Virus record (IMG/VR): IMGVR_UViG_3300024261_000005
Reading direction: 5' to 3' (one strand)
Length of the DNA: 64,000 nucleotides
Source: a virus
Part shown: in pieces, positions 48,078 through 57,654 of the stretch
Numbering within the stretch: position 1 is the stretch's first letter
Layout: every line of letters begins with the position of its first letter
The notes under the pieces: generated by a model
Database searches by the model: none
Told to the model about the DNA's origin: nothing
The model's input: only the letters and a program-made list of their open reading frames with translations
Program-made: the position numbers and the translations under genes

Positions 48078-50048
48078 TTAAAAATTACTTGGGTTAAAGC
48101 CGCGAGGCAAATAGGTAGACTTGGAGTTAAGATAGCTATTAGCAGCATCTTTTCCATACTCTGATAAAATATTTTTGTATTCTTTAACAATCTTTTGTTC
48201 AAAAGAACCCAAGGAAGAGACCTTGTCTTCCTTATTAATGTTTGCGTCTTCGTCTGCATGCTCAGATGGACTGCTAATTTGATTCATGTTTGTTAATACC
48301 TTGTCTGATAGTGAAAATATTTTTTCATCCTTATCATCTAGATTTAATTCATCTTGAGCTGTATTTTCAACTGTATCTTCATTTTTTTCGCAATTAATAT
48401 TTAAATCTTCAGTATTATCAGCTGAAACTTTTTTATTTGCTTCGATAAACTCTACAACAACTTTAAACTTCTCTTCTAAACTTTTATACATCTCTTGTAA
48501 ATCTTTTAAGTCAGATTTTAGAATACTAACTTCTGAATCGCATTCTAGCGCTTCAGCTTTTTCATCAATCAATGTTAAGATTTTAGACTTAATAGTATCC
48601 GAAAGTTTAGTTTTGCTTATCAAGTCTTTCGCAGCTGTCACATGTGCGCAGTCTGGAATTGGGAAAGATCTTTCAGGCCCACAGAATATAGCATCTGGTA
48701 GTTCTTTCCTTTCGTCGTTACTCATGGAATTGCCCGACTTCACCATTACGGTTTGTAAAGCTAAGTCTAAGATATTCCAATCAACGTCTAGAGAGACTTC
48801 GTCTGCAGTCTCATCCTCGTCGAAATCACCTTCGTCGGGATCGTCTTGTTTCTGAAGCTGATTGTCGACTACAAGAGGCTCTGCTTCTGCTACAGCCTCT
48901 GTGGAATCAACAACCTCTTCGTCTGGTTGTTCTTTCTCCAATTTCATAATATCTTCCTTTTGTGTTGGAGGTTCATTCAAATTCTTTTCGCCACTATAGG
49001 CTATTTGGATAATTGTAGCTTTTACTTTGGAAGGCGCCTCAACATAAGCGACTCCTTTAGTATGTAATTCTCTCATAATCTTTTCATCTAGCACTACTCT
49101 ATGATCATAGTTTTGATCTTCTAACTTAGCGGAATCGATTAGCGCTTCTACCCCTTGATTCCTCTTAACCCTTTTATACGCTTTTCTCACTGCTTGTAAC
49201 TCATTTCCGGCTCCTAAATCATAGTTAGAATCACTCATAATAATTTCTTTTGGAAATATTATGAGATGCTCACTAGAGTTGTCTTCTATTGGTTTACTAC
49301 TAGATGTATCGATAAGCTCCATCTCTACTACTTGAGAGAGGTCATCTGCTGGAGTATTTACTACCGACCCTTCTAGTACAATAAAGTCTCCCGTAACAAA
49401 AACGCAAGTTTCATCATCATAAGTCTTTCCATGCCTGTGTTCGCACATGCCGTCACTGACCCAATCCTGATCACAAATACTGCAAATATGTCTGTCTGTA
49501 GTAGAGCCCGCACTGAACGTTAAGTATCTCCCATCAAGAAATCTCTTAATAGCTTCTTCGTCAGTAACGTTTGCTTTGACTCGCATTCGTCCAAGACCGG
49601 GCCAATCTTTATTGTTAAGCAAATTTAAATCTTTTAAAGTTTTATAAATTTTCTGTGGGTCGTCTTCTGTGAATGCATTATGTATGTCCAGCATAGATTT
49701 ATTTGAATTCAAGAAACTAGCAGCTTCATCATTTAGGCTTTGCCACTCACCACCAATAAACCTACCAATAGGCTCTCCATTTTGGTCGTGGTGTTTTAAT
49801 ATCGGCTTTGGGTATGGATTTGTCAACGAGTCAATACCCTTTTGCTGACCTTTTGTAGAATAAATCCTGTTATTTATTTTTCTACCCGAATGAGACAAGT
49901 CGTAAGTAATCACAAGCCCTTTTTGTTTAAACTCAACATTCGACAAAAGATTATCGATAAGCGTAATTTTGCTTTTCTTGTCTAAGGAAAGTATTCTTTT
50001 GTCAGGATTTATTTGAATGAAATCGTTGTATTTGATGAGCTTACTCAT
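48078..50048 (-). CDS. Prohead protease fused to scaffold
   Basis: 656 aa. PKPILKHHD...PIGR, AIKRFLDGRYLTFSAG, CSIC...CEH and EGSVVNTPAD are protease motifs. The C-terminus is acidic and coiled-coil-like. Confidence 0.85.
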   Translation of the reverse strand: MSKLIKYNDFIQINPDKRILSLDKKSKITLIDNLLSNVEFKQKGLVITYDLSHSGRKINNRIYSTKGQQKGIDSLTNPYPKPILKHHDQNGEPIGRFIGGEWQSLNDEAASFLNSNKSMLDIHNAFTEDDPQKIYKTLKDLNLLNNKDWPGLGRMRVKANVTDEEAIKRFLDGRYLTFSAGSTTDRHICSICDQDWVSDGMCEHRHGKTYDDETCVFVTGDFIVLEGSVVNTPADDLSQVVEMELIDTSSSKPIEDNSSEHLIIFPKEIIMSDSNYDLGAGNELQAVRKAYKRVKRNQGVEALIDSAKLEDQNYDHRVVLDEKIMRELHTKGVAYVEAPSKVKATIIQIAYSGEKNLNEPPTQKEDIMKLEKEQPDEEVVDSTEAVAEAEPLVVDNQLQKQDDPDEGDFDEDETADEVSLDVDWNILDLALQTVMVKSGNSMSNDERKELPDAIFCGPERSFPIPDCAHVTAAKDLISKTKLSDTIKSKILTLIDEKAEALECDSEVSILKSDLKDLQEMYKSLEEKFKVVVEFIEANKKVSADNTEDLNINCEKNEDTVENTAQDELNLDDKDEKIFSLSDKVLTNMNQISSPSEHADEDANINKEDKVSSLGSFEQKIVKEYKNILSEYGKDAANSYLNSKSTYLPRGFNPSNF

Positions 50049-50089
50049 TTTGCCCCCTTGCGTATTAAATATATCTTAATATATTTATA

Positions 50090-51583
50090 TTAGTAGTTTT
50101 CAAGTGTTTTCAAGACATCAGCAACATTATTGCTATTTTTTATCTTCTCAAACAAACTTATGCTGTCTTCGCCTAGCTTCGGAGAGGATCTTTCACCATG
50201 CTGATTTGCTGGTTTTGAAATATTATTAGAAGTGTTTAATTCGGTTGAACTCTTCACTATTCGCTCTTGCGCTAACGTCGAGTGTAACTTCTTTACATCC
50301 TCCTCAGTCAGGGGGCGCTCTCCCAGCTTTGTTCTTGCCTCTGTTTCGCTTATCAAATTGTTTAACCACAACTGTACGATTTGGTTCTCTACCTTTATTT
50401 TCTCTTCTTTGTCTACCGCACCGAACTTAATGTAAACCATTCTGTCGCTATCAAACATTGCTTCTTCATAGCCACCTTCACAAAGTAGTTCTGAAATAAC
50501 ATAAGTTTCAATAAAAGTTTTTATATTTCTCTGTAAGGCTTCTACATCTTGTATCGCAATTTTCGACAAGGCATTAGCAGTACTTCTATTCGCAGTATCA
50601 CCTTCACCCATGTCCATGGCTGAAACACCAAGACCTGCGTACACACGCTTCTTGAAGTAATCCAAGTACTCTTGGATTTTAAGCGCCTTACCTTCGGAGC
50701 CAATAGCGTCAATTTTGTGCCTATGATCTGAAACAAAGATTCCACCTGAAGGCATATACTCAATCGTATTTCGAACCAAATCTGATTCCTTTACTCCGTC
50801 AGGACCATATCTTTCAGGCATCAAATCATTGCCAACCGTGTAGTGATACAAGGGGTGCAAGTTAGCATCGATCATCTCCTCGATGTTTTCTTCAAGCCTT
50901 CTTAGCAGAGCAATGTCTTCTAGTACTGGAAGTAGCTCAGGTGTTCCCATAGTAAACCCAGCTTTTCTATTTGTGTAGAAATGAATGACATCATCAGGTG
51001 AGAACTCTTTGCTCTCTGCACTTGCTAATTGTTTCTGCAAGATCTTTTTAATCTCACCGTTTTTCTTCACTTTGAACCATAAAGTTTCAAATGGAAGTAT
51101 AAAATACCCAGCAACAGGCTCTACAGACTTGCCATTCTTGTCTAAGACTTTCCCTGTAGAGGCATCGCTATTTCTGTTTTTAACCCATGCACAATTTGAA
51201 TACCTAATTAAGTCATGCGCCAGGTCTGTCATTAATAAATTAAACGGCATACCAGAAACAGTCTCTATTTCTTTTATTCTTCTTCTTATATAGTTTACTG
51301 TCTCTTTATCGTTGCCAACAAACTCCCATCCAGCCAATACAAATCTTTGAACTTTCTTTTGTATCGCTTTGAACAAAAAAGCATCCGTATCTTGAGCTAT
51401 CTGTATTTCAGTTAGATCATACTCTGGCTTGAACCAAGATCCTCTATGCCTACTTGCGTAAGATAGCGCTCGCCCGTTTACTTTTTTAACTTTAACGCCA
51501 GAAATATTCACTCCAGGAATTGGAACATTTCGATCTTTATTAGAGATTGCATTTAGAATTCCTTCAAAATCATTTGCTTTCAT
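50090..51583 (-). CDS. Portal protein
   Basis: 497 aa. FSPDDVIHF...GTPELLPVLEDI, YFKKRVYAGLGVS, ANRSTA and ISETEARTKLG are portal-like. Located upstream of the protease. Confidence 0.9.
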   Translation of the reverse strand: MKANDFEGILNAISNKDRNVPIPGVNISGVKVKKVNGRALSYASRHRGSWFKPEYDLTEIQIAQDTDAFLFKAIQKKVQRFVLAGWEFVGNDKETVNYIRRRIKEIETVSGMPFNLLMTDLAHDLIRYSNCAWVKNRNSDASTGKVLDKNGKSVEPVAGYFILPFETLWFKVKKNGEIKKILQKQLASAESKEFSPDDVIHFYTNRKAGFTMGTPELLPVLEDIALLRRLEENIEEMIDANLHPLYHYTVGNDLMPERYGPDGVKESDLVRNTIEYMPSGGIFVSDHRHKIDAIGSEGKALKIQEYLDYFKKRVYAGLGVSAMDMGEGDTANRSTANALSKIAIQDVEALQRNIKTFIETYVISELLCEGGYEEAMFDSDRMVYIKFGAVDKEEKIKVENQIVQLWLNNLISETEARTKLGERPLTEEDVKKLHSTLAQERIVKSSTELNTSNNISKPANQHGERSSPKLGEDSISLFEKIKNSNNVADVLKTLENY

Positions 51584-51587
51584 AGAT

Positions 51588-53249
51588 CTACCTCAAGTTG
51601 GCTTTCACAGTCTGTGTAATTTTTAAGTTATTGTACCCTACCTTGCTTCTAGTTTCTTTACTATCGGTAAGCCTAGGTATCAAATTGAGTGTAGCTTCCA
51701 ATTTGGATACTGGCACTTCAATGTAATTCACATTATCTGCAATAGACGCAAAAGTAAGCTCCTCAACAGGCTCTGACTCAGGGCGTATGTTTATCCAATA
51801 AACACTCTTAATAGTATCAAGATTCTTGAAGTGCTTAGCTTCGCTTTTATTCAGCAAGCTTATATCGATCGAACAAATATAAATCATGCAATTTGGCTTG
51901 TGCTCTGCTGATTGCTTTTTTATCCAGCCCTTAATCTTCCCCAAGCTTTGCTGCAAGTCGCGAGTTCCATAGTAAGGCTCAGCGCCCCCAGCCCAAGTAC
52001 TAGGAAGCACTTCGTCCAACTTCAAACCACTTTCACCAAAATAAGTACTCTTTACCGTGCCTACATCAAAAGTTTCGGTAGACAAACCTACCGAATGATG
52101 CTTTAGAAACTCCTTACAAAACGCCTTGCCTTCTTCAGCATAGAACACCTCTAGGAACTCTGAAAAAGAAAACACTTCCTCACTATCGCTTTTTTCAAAT
52201 ATGGCTTTGAGGCTTTCGTCTAAATTTGTCGTTTCAATTAAACTTCGAAAAAGTTCTTGAAACGACGAGCCGATAGCTATTAATTTTTTATGTAAAAAAG
52301 CTAACGCCAGATAGCCAAACGAATACCCCTTATCGTCGATAATATGTTCTTTAGCATAATGCGAATCTACATAAGAGTCGACAATACCACTCATTTCTTC
52401 TGACGAATACTCTAGTATAAGTTCATCAAATCCATACTGGTCCTGGGTGTATTTTTTTGGCAGTAATTTTCCTAAAAGCCTAACTATACCTCCACCAGAA
52501 AATAAATTAGCAGAAGCCTCAAAGAACCAAAGATGGTCTTCGGCCGTGTCACTTGTCTCACCTTTAAGACTACCAAAAAAACTTTCATAAAAATGCACAA
52601 GAGTGTTATTTAAAACTTGATAAACATGAAATAGTTCATGCGCCAAAGTCATCCATCCACGACCACGTTTGTGCCATTTTGCATGAAATACTTTTACGTT
52701 CGTTAAGTCAATTCTGAGAAGCAAATCCCTGCCAGCATAAAGAGGAGTAAAAAGAACATCTGCGTTGGCGTTCATAGCTACTTCGGTAGATATAAGAAGA
52801 TTTCTTTCGCTGTCTGCTTGCGGAAGGTCCCACCCGTCTCTTTCATTTATTAAGAATAAGTTGGGCATCCAATCTAAAAGCATGGAAGAGTACAAAGATT
52901 GCCTGTCTGTTAGGACTTGAGTACCCTGTGGATCAGTGTACCCAGGCACAATATGATATGTTAATTTAAAATTATTAATTTTTTGATGTATAAAAAGAAT
53001 ACCTTCAGTACTGGCAGCATCTCGGCTATCAGTAAGAAAATTTGCCTCACTTATGTGCGTTGTGTTCTTTCCAGGATGGATAAACAAATGAATCAAGTTG
53101 GGTCTCCACCAATTGATTAGCGCACTTCTTATTTCTTCTCTCCAGATGCCATCCTGAGAGCTGATTTGCGAAAGGTCATCTTCAAAGAATAACGCATATT
53201 TAGCTGGTTCTTTTTTTGGCAATTGAGAACTTGTTGCTTTTAAACTCAT
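51588..53249 (-). CDS. Gluzincin-type Zn metallopeptidase (flagellinolysin-like)
   Basis: 553 aa. LAHELFH (H204-E205-H208), WFFEASAN (E244) and YSFGYLALAFLH. Confidence 0.75.
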   Translation of the reverse strand: MSLKATSSQLPKKEPAKYALFFEDDLSQISSQDGIWREEIRSALINWWRPNLIHLFIHPGKNTTHISEANFLTDSRDAASTEGILFIHQKINNFKLTYHIVPGYTDPQGTQVLTDRQSLYSSMLLDWMPNLFLINERDGWDLPQADSERNLLISTEVAMNANADVLFTPLYAGRDLLLRIDLTNVKVFHAKWHKRGRGWMTLAHELFHVYQVLNNTLVHFYESFFGSLKGETSDTAEDHLWFFEASANLFSGGGIVRLLGKLLPKKYTQDQYGFDELILEYSSEEMSGIVDSYVDSHYAKEHIIDDKGYSFGYLALAFLHKKLIAIGSSFQELFRSLIETTNLDESLKAIFEKSDSEEVFSFSEFLEVFYAEEGKAFCKEFLKHHSVGLSTETFDVGTVKSTYFGESGLKLDEVLPSTWAGGAEPYYGTRDLQQSLGKIKGWIKKQSAEHKPNCMIYICSIDISLLNKSEAKHFKNLDTIKSVYWINIRPESEPVEELTFASIADNVNYIEVPVSKLEATLNLIPRLTDSKETRSKVGYNNLKITQTVKANLR

Positions 53250-53252
53250 TTT

Positions 53253-53336
53253 CTAAAAGCCTTCCACAGTTACTTCAGAACTACAATCATCATCACAGAC
53301 TATAGCCCAATTTGGTTTAGTATTGTTAGACTTCAT
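53253..53336 (-). CDS. Putative 27-aa small protein
   Basis: MKSNNTKPNWAIVCDDDCSSEVTVEGF*. It starts in an ATGA overlap with the upstream stop and fills the intergenic gap. Confidence 0.35.
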   Translation of the reverse strand: MKSNNTKPNWAIVCDDDCSSEVTVEGF

Positions 53337-54220
53337 GTAACACCGTATTTTACCCAAAGGGTTACTTTAGAAAGAACCCCTCCTATAAGCAGGATTTTAC
53401 CTTCATCGCCCTCAGCTTCCGCATAATCTTCGTATTCAAATGTAATATCTAACAAAGAGTCTGCTTCGTCCGCTAAGAACTTGCTTAAGTCCAAGGAATA
53501 TTCAAGAGCTATATCTGCAGCTTTGAACTTTAAAGTAAAATCACTCAACAGCTGGCCGGCTTTGCTTGGTACAGGGATTAATTTTTTTATTTCCTGCACT
53601 AATTGTTGCTTGACACTGCCGTCTTCCACTAATGCTTCAATGTTCTTCTCGTTAATTCTATGCGCTCCACCAGTAGTGGTAGTAAAGTTACCACCAAACA
53701 AATATTCGTCAAATCCAATACTCTTTTTAAGCTGAGTCAGCAAGTCGTCAACTTGAAGTTCTACAGGTTCGCCATCAGCACCATCGATCGTGAAAAAGGG
53801 GTCTGGAGCGACTTTGTTTGATTCTATAGTTATTGATGGCGCAACGTGATCTTTAACGCTTAGGCTTCCCGTAAACTCAAAGCCAAAATCTATTGTAATT
53901 GGCGCAGGCTCTTTTGCCTTCGGGACAGCTAGTTTTTTTGGTGGCTTCGGTATCAGCTCTGTTGTAACTTCAACCACTTTAACAGTTGCTGCTACTTGCT
54001 CTGGCGGTCCAAGCAAAGGCTCTGGCGGTCCAAGCAAAGGCTCTGGCGGTCCAAGCAAAGGCTCTGGCGGTCCAAGCAAAGGCTCTGGCGGTCCACGCAT
54101 CCCTTGATCGCCTTGCGAGCCAGGCAGCTCATAACCAAGGTACTCAAGATACTTGGCATATGCCGCAGCAATAAAGTCCGAATAGGTTTTAGGTTGATAA
54201 GCCACTGAGAATTCCTTCAT
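53333..54220 (-). CDS. Hypothetical protein with (GPPEPLL)n repeat
   Basis: 295-aa ORF. The real start may be the GTG at 54205, which follows AAGGA. Confidence 0.65.
   Translation of the reverse strand: MKEFSVAYQPKTYSDFIAAAYAKYLEYLGYELPGSQGDQGMRGPPEPLLGPPEPLLGPPEPLLGPPEPLLGPPEQVAATVKVVEVTTELIPKPPKKLAVPKAKEPAPITIDFGFEFTGSLSVKDHVAPSITIESNKVAPDPFFTIDGADGEPVELQVDDLLTQLKKSIGFDEYLFGGNFTTTTGGAHRINEKNIEALVEDGSVKQQLVQEIKKLIPVPSKAGQLLSDFTLKFKAADIALEYSLDLSKFLADEADSLLDITFEYEDYAEAEGDEGKILLIGGVLSKVTLWVKYGVT
53998..54095. repeat. Perfect 21-bp tandem repeat, about 4.7 copies
   Basis: Unit gctctggcggtccaagcaaag, four full copies plus 14 bp; encodes GPPEPLL on the minus strand. Confidence 0.95.
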
Positions 54221-56429
54221 AAATGTCGTCTAAATTATTCTTATTTACCTTTAGCATTGAATTTAAGTCAGAGCATTCAGTTAAATCTATAATTCTAATG
54301 TTCTCGTTATCTAATGATTTTACTTTTATGTAGTCTTCTGGCTCCAGTACTTTTCCGTCATAGTTGAGGGTAGTCGTACTTGTTTCTAGCTGTACGTTTT
54401 TATCAGTCTCTTGGATTATCTTTTCTACCAAAGCCTTTTCTTTCCTTACGTTTTCGCAGCTTAAGCCTTCTTCAAAAAACTTTATTATAAGTCTTATGAA
54501 TCTGATTAGGTGTGCGATAGCTTGCAAGTCTCCAAGTATCTTAAACTCAGAAGCTATCACCTCCCCCATAAAAGCTTGTAATGCTTTTAATGTCTGTACT
54601 ACTTTCGCAACTTCCTCATTCATCCATTTCTTTGTTGTGATTACAGATTCAATTATTGTCTTTTCAATAAACTGAAAAGCATCAGACTGATTTAAAGATC
54701 TCACCCAACCTTTAGCTCTGTAATCGATCAGGTCTTTTGGTTGGCGATATTCATTTTTAATATCCACACCATACTTTGCAAAAGCATAATCCAAGGCGTT
54801 CCAATCGCTCTTCTTAACGCTAACGTCTCTTGCACTGACAGTATATTCAGTACCTAACCCATCAAGATCTAGATTCATCCTTTTATCAGCCTTCTTGGGC
54901 TTTTTAAAATATGGAGTAGTTATTGTTTTTGTCTCAGCTACAAAGTCAAAATTAAAGAAATCCTTATTCTCTTCAATTGTCTCCTTAGCCAATGCAGCTT
55001 CGATCTTCTTCTGATACTTTTCAGCAAGTTGAAAAGAACTGTCGATATACCCTGGCAGGGCGCGCAGGGTGCCTATCTCTTTGACGAATAGAGTTACGTA
55101 ATCCTTAAGAATTTCATTTCCAGGTATTTCCAAATACGTAGTAAGTTGACTTTGCATTAAGTCTGTACTAATCGGATTCCAGGGTCCAACTACAGGATCA
55201 TCATAATGGTTTACATGGAATACCCAAAATGCGAATTTATCCAATTCTTTTGGCAGTGTATTTATTTCAAACTCTTTCCTCTTCCTGGCGTCTTCTTTTA
55301 GCTGTTCTTCATACTGCTCCCGCAAGTCTTTAGACAATGCGTCATACTCCTGTTGTAAGTCTACAGAAGGTTTGTCGAACCAGCTGTCTGGCGTGACTTT
55401 TTGTATTGCGCTACCGACCTGGTTCACAAGAGAGATCGCATCATTGGTAACTTTTTCACCAGAAGCGACAACTGCTCTTATCGCACCCATTATGGCTCTG
55501 AATGCACTAACAATACAATCCAAGAAGGGATTGACTATTTTTGGAATCACTTCAACTGCTTGCACTAAAAAATCTAGAACAGCTTTAACCATACCTCCGA
55601 AGAGTCCCGTCCAATCAAATCTTATTTTTGCTAAGTCTAAACTGTACTTTATAAACAATGTAGGTAGTAGCAGGCTCAGCCCTATAAGGTTGCTAGGGCA
55701 CATGAAGTTTGCGCCGAAGTTTAATAAGAATTTACATAGCGCATCATATAGCAATGTAGGGTCCATTGCTTTTAGCATATCGTCTAGAAGCTTTTTTATT
55801 TGGCGTAGAAATTTAGTTAAATTAAAGACGAATTCTAATGATGGTAAAGTTAAGCTCACGTTATAGTCAAGCATGCAGTCCAAGCATTCTTTTAAATCTA
55901 GCTTGTATTTTTCACCACCAATATTGACGGTGCCTGCATGATCTTCAATCCATTGGTTTGTCTTCCCGACAAACTTTCTACTATACTCGTTTGTAAATCG
56001 TTTTTTATATTCATATTCCACTGGCTTTTCGCCCATGAAATCTAGATTCTTTTTAATGACGCTTGCTTGAGGGTCCCACCACTCTTCAGCAGGATTCCCA
56101 TCTTTATCAGTTAAGGAGCATTCACTGTAGAAGTGGTCCTCCTCTTCTTCAACTATTTTAATTTCCTCCTGGGGGGTCTCCTCTTCTTGCGTATCATTGC
56201 GGCCCCCTGTGACTGAATTTACAATCTCCTCCATGGAAGCGTCTGCAGCTATCAAAGACAATGTGATTGTTGACTCAAGCCCTGTTAGTGGAGACTGGTA
56301 TCCAGTAAGAAATATCTCATCAGGAGGAGCATCACTCATTCTTACGAACAAGCCCTCTTCATATGCTTTGACCAGTTCTATTACGTCAAATAGTAATAGA
56401 TCATCATCGTTTGGCATTCTATCTGTCAT
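54189..56429 (-). CDS. Hypothetical helical, Cys-containing protein
   Basis: 746 aa with CLDC, scattered Cys, amphipathic/hydrophobic helices and a coiled coil. Confidence 0.7.
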   Translation of the reverse strand: MTDRMPNDDDLLLFDVIELVKAYEEGLFVRMSDAPPDEIFLTGYQSPLTGLESTITLSLIAADASMEEIVNSVTGGRNDTQEEETPQEEIKIVEEEEDHFYSECSLTDKDGNPAEEWWDPQASVIKKNLDFMGEKPVEYEYKKRFTNEYSRKFVGKTNQWIEDHAGTVNIGGEKYKLDLKECLDCMLDYNVSLTLPSLEFVFNLTKFLRQIKKLLDDMLKAMDPTLLYDALCKFLLNFGANFMCPSNLIGLSLLLPTLFIKYSLDLAKIRFDWTGLFGGMVKAVLDFLVQAVEVIPKIVNPFLDCIVSAFRAIMGAIRAVVASGEKVTNDAISLVNQVGSAIQKVTPDSWFDKPSVDLQQEYDALSKDLREQYEEQLKEDARKRKEFEINTLPKELDKFAFWVFHVNHYDDPVVGPWNPISTDLMQSQLTTYLEIPGNEILKDYVTLFVKEIGTLRALPGYIDSSFQLAEKYQKKIEAALAKETIEENKDFFNFDFVAETKTITTPYFKKPKKADKRMNLDLDGLGTEYTVSARDVSVKKSDWNALDYAFAKYGVDIKNEYRQPKDLIDYRAKGWVRSLNQSDAFQFIEKTIIESVITTKKWMNEEVAKVVQTLKALQAFMGEVIASEFKILGDLQAIAHLIRFIRLIIKFFEEGLSCENVRKEKALVEKIIQETDKNVQLETSTTTLNYDGKVLEPEDYIKVKSLDNENIRIIDLTECSDLNSMLKVNKNNLDDIYEGILSGLST

Positions 56430-56742
56430 CAGTTACATCTCTGTATTTTCGCCTCTTATTACGAGGTTGCTCTAAATTGTTTTTGTACTCAATCGCCTTT
56501 AATATGGCGCTTTCGCTACCAACTTCAATATTTTCTTCTATCTCTTCTGCTAGCTCGGGGTTTATACGTCTAACTGCATCAATGAAAGAGTTCATTCTGT
56601 TCATAGTTTTTCTTAAGTCCTCAAGAAGTACGAAGTCTCTTGCGATCTTTTTAAACAACTGTTGATACTGCTCTTCAAGTTCTTTCTCACCACTATCGAA
56701 ATCATTATCATGGCCTTTTCGCATGTTACTAAATACGCCCAT
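56419..56742 (-). CDS. Hypothetical protein
   Basis: 107 aa, GGAAGG RBS, overlaps both neighbours. Confidence 0.65.
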   Translation of the reverse strand: MGVFSNMRKGHDNDFDSGEKELEEQYQQLFKKIARDFVLLEDLRKTMNRMNSFIDAVRRINPELAEEIEENIEVGSESAILKAIEYKNNLEQPRNKRRKYRDVTDDR

Positions 56743-57217
56743 TGTCTAGACCTTCCTGAATTAAATCTAGTGACTCTGACATTTCAATTAGTTTCTTCAA
56801 TTCTATTAATGCCATGTAGTCATCATATGTTATTTCTTTTTTAATTCCGCCAAATATATTTGTTGCTGATCTTTTCAGCCTGTGGCTTCTGGAGATGTCT
56901 AAAGTAAAACTGTTATTAGATCTTTTAATTTTCTCATCTAAGTTTTCTTTTCTATCTTTTATTACGCCTAATAATCTCCTCCCCTCTTCTTTAGCTTCCT
57001 CAAGTTTTGCTTTTATTATTTTAGCTTCTTTTGAAGTGAAGGGTCTCTCTGGATTTTGTCTAAAGTCATGCATCATATCTTCTAATGTTGCATCGACCAT
57101 ATCAATATTCTTTAATGGTGATTCTTTTTCTTTCAGTTCTTCGTTGAAAGATTTTAATAAATCTTCCTTTTCAAAAAGGAACTTATTGTCAAAAACATCA
57201 TCAAAAAAGCTTTTCAT
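56729..57217 (-). CDS. Hypothetical coiled-coil protein
   Basis: 162 aa, TAATG-coupled to the upstream gene. Confidence 0.65.
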   Translation of the reverse strand: MKSFFDDVFDNKFLFEKEDLLKSFNEELKEKESPLKNIDMVDATLEDMMHDFRQNPERPFTSKEAKIIKAKLEEAKEEGRRLLGVIKDRKENLDEKIKRSNNSFTLDISRSHRLKRSATNIFGGIKKEITYDDYMALIELKKLIEMSESLDLIQEGLDNGRI

Positions 57218-57654
57218 TAAATCACCCCGTTAACTATTTTTTTATAATATTTTAAGTTTATTTTAATGTCTTCTTTGTATTGTGGATCAGTATGCCCAGG
57301 ACAAAACACTCTAGCCCATATAGGGAATAAAGATTCCGTATTTGCTACTTCAGAAGAGCCTATACCATCTGGTAATAAAAGAGTATTATTAATTAATACA
57401 TCGCCCCATTCTTTCTCAGTGGGTTGTTCAGAACCATACTTTAATTTTACTGACCAGCCAGAACTACTAAAAAGATCACCTTGAGTTAAGTCGGGCATCT
57501 CTATTTTTAATTCTATGTTTTCATAATAGAATTCAGGAAACTGGTTTTTGAAATAAAACAAAAACTCCTGCTCGCCACCTGTGAAACCATTGTGTTCAGT
57601 AATGAAGGGGCCGTTAATTGGTTGCTTCTCAGCATCTAAAACAATTAAGCTCAT
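57217..57654 (-). CDS. Hypothetical beta-rich protein
   Basis: 145 aa, ATGA-coupled; WSVKLKYGSEQPTEKEW and PIWARVFCPG. Confidence 0.7.
   Translation of the reverse strand: MSLIVLDAEKQPINGPFITEHNGFTGGEQEFLFYFKNQFPEFYYENIELKIEMPDLTQGDLFSSSGWSVKLKYGSEQPTEKEWGDVLINNTLLLPDGIGSSEVANTESLFPIWARVFCPGHTDPQYKEDIKINLKYYKKIVNGVI

Noticed and set aside
48059-48259. Alternative-frame minus-strand ORFs (also 22188..22466, 36064..36273, 42804..43073, 45394..45762, 46045..46347)
   Set aside because: They are nested in or almost fully overlap well-supported genes and have no independent evidence.
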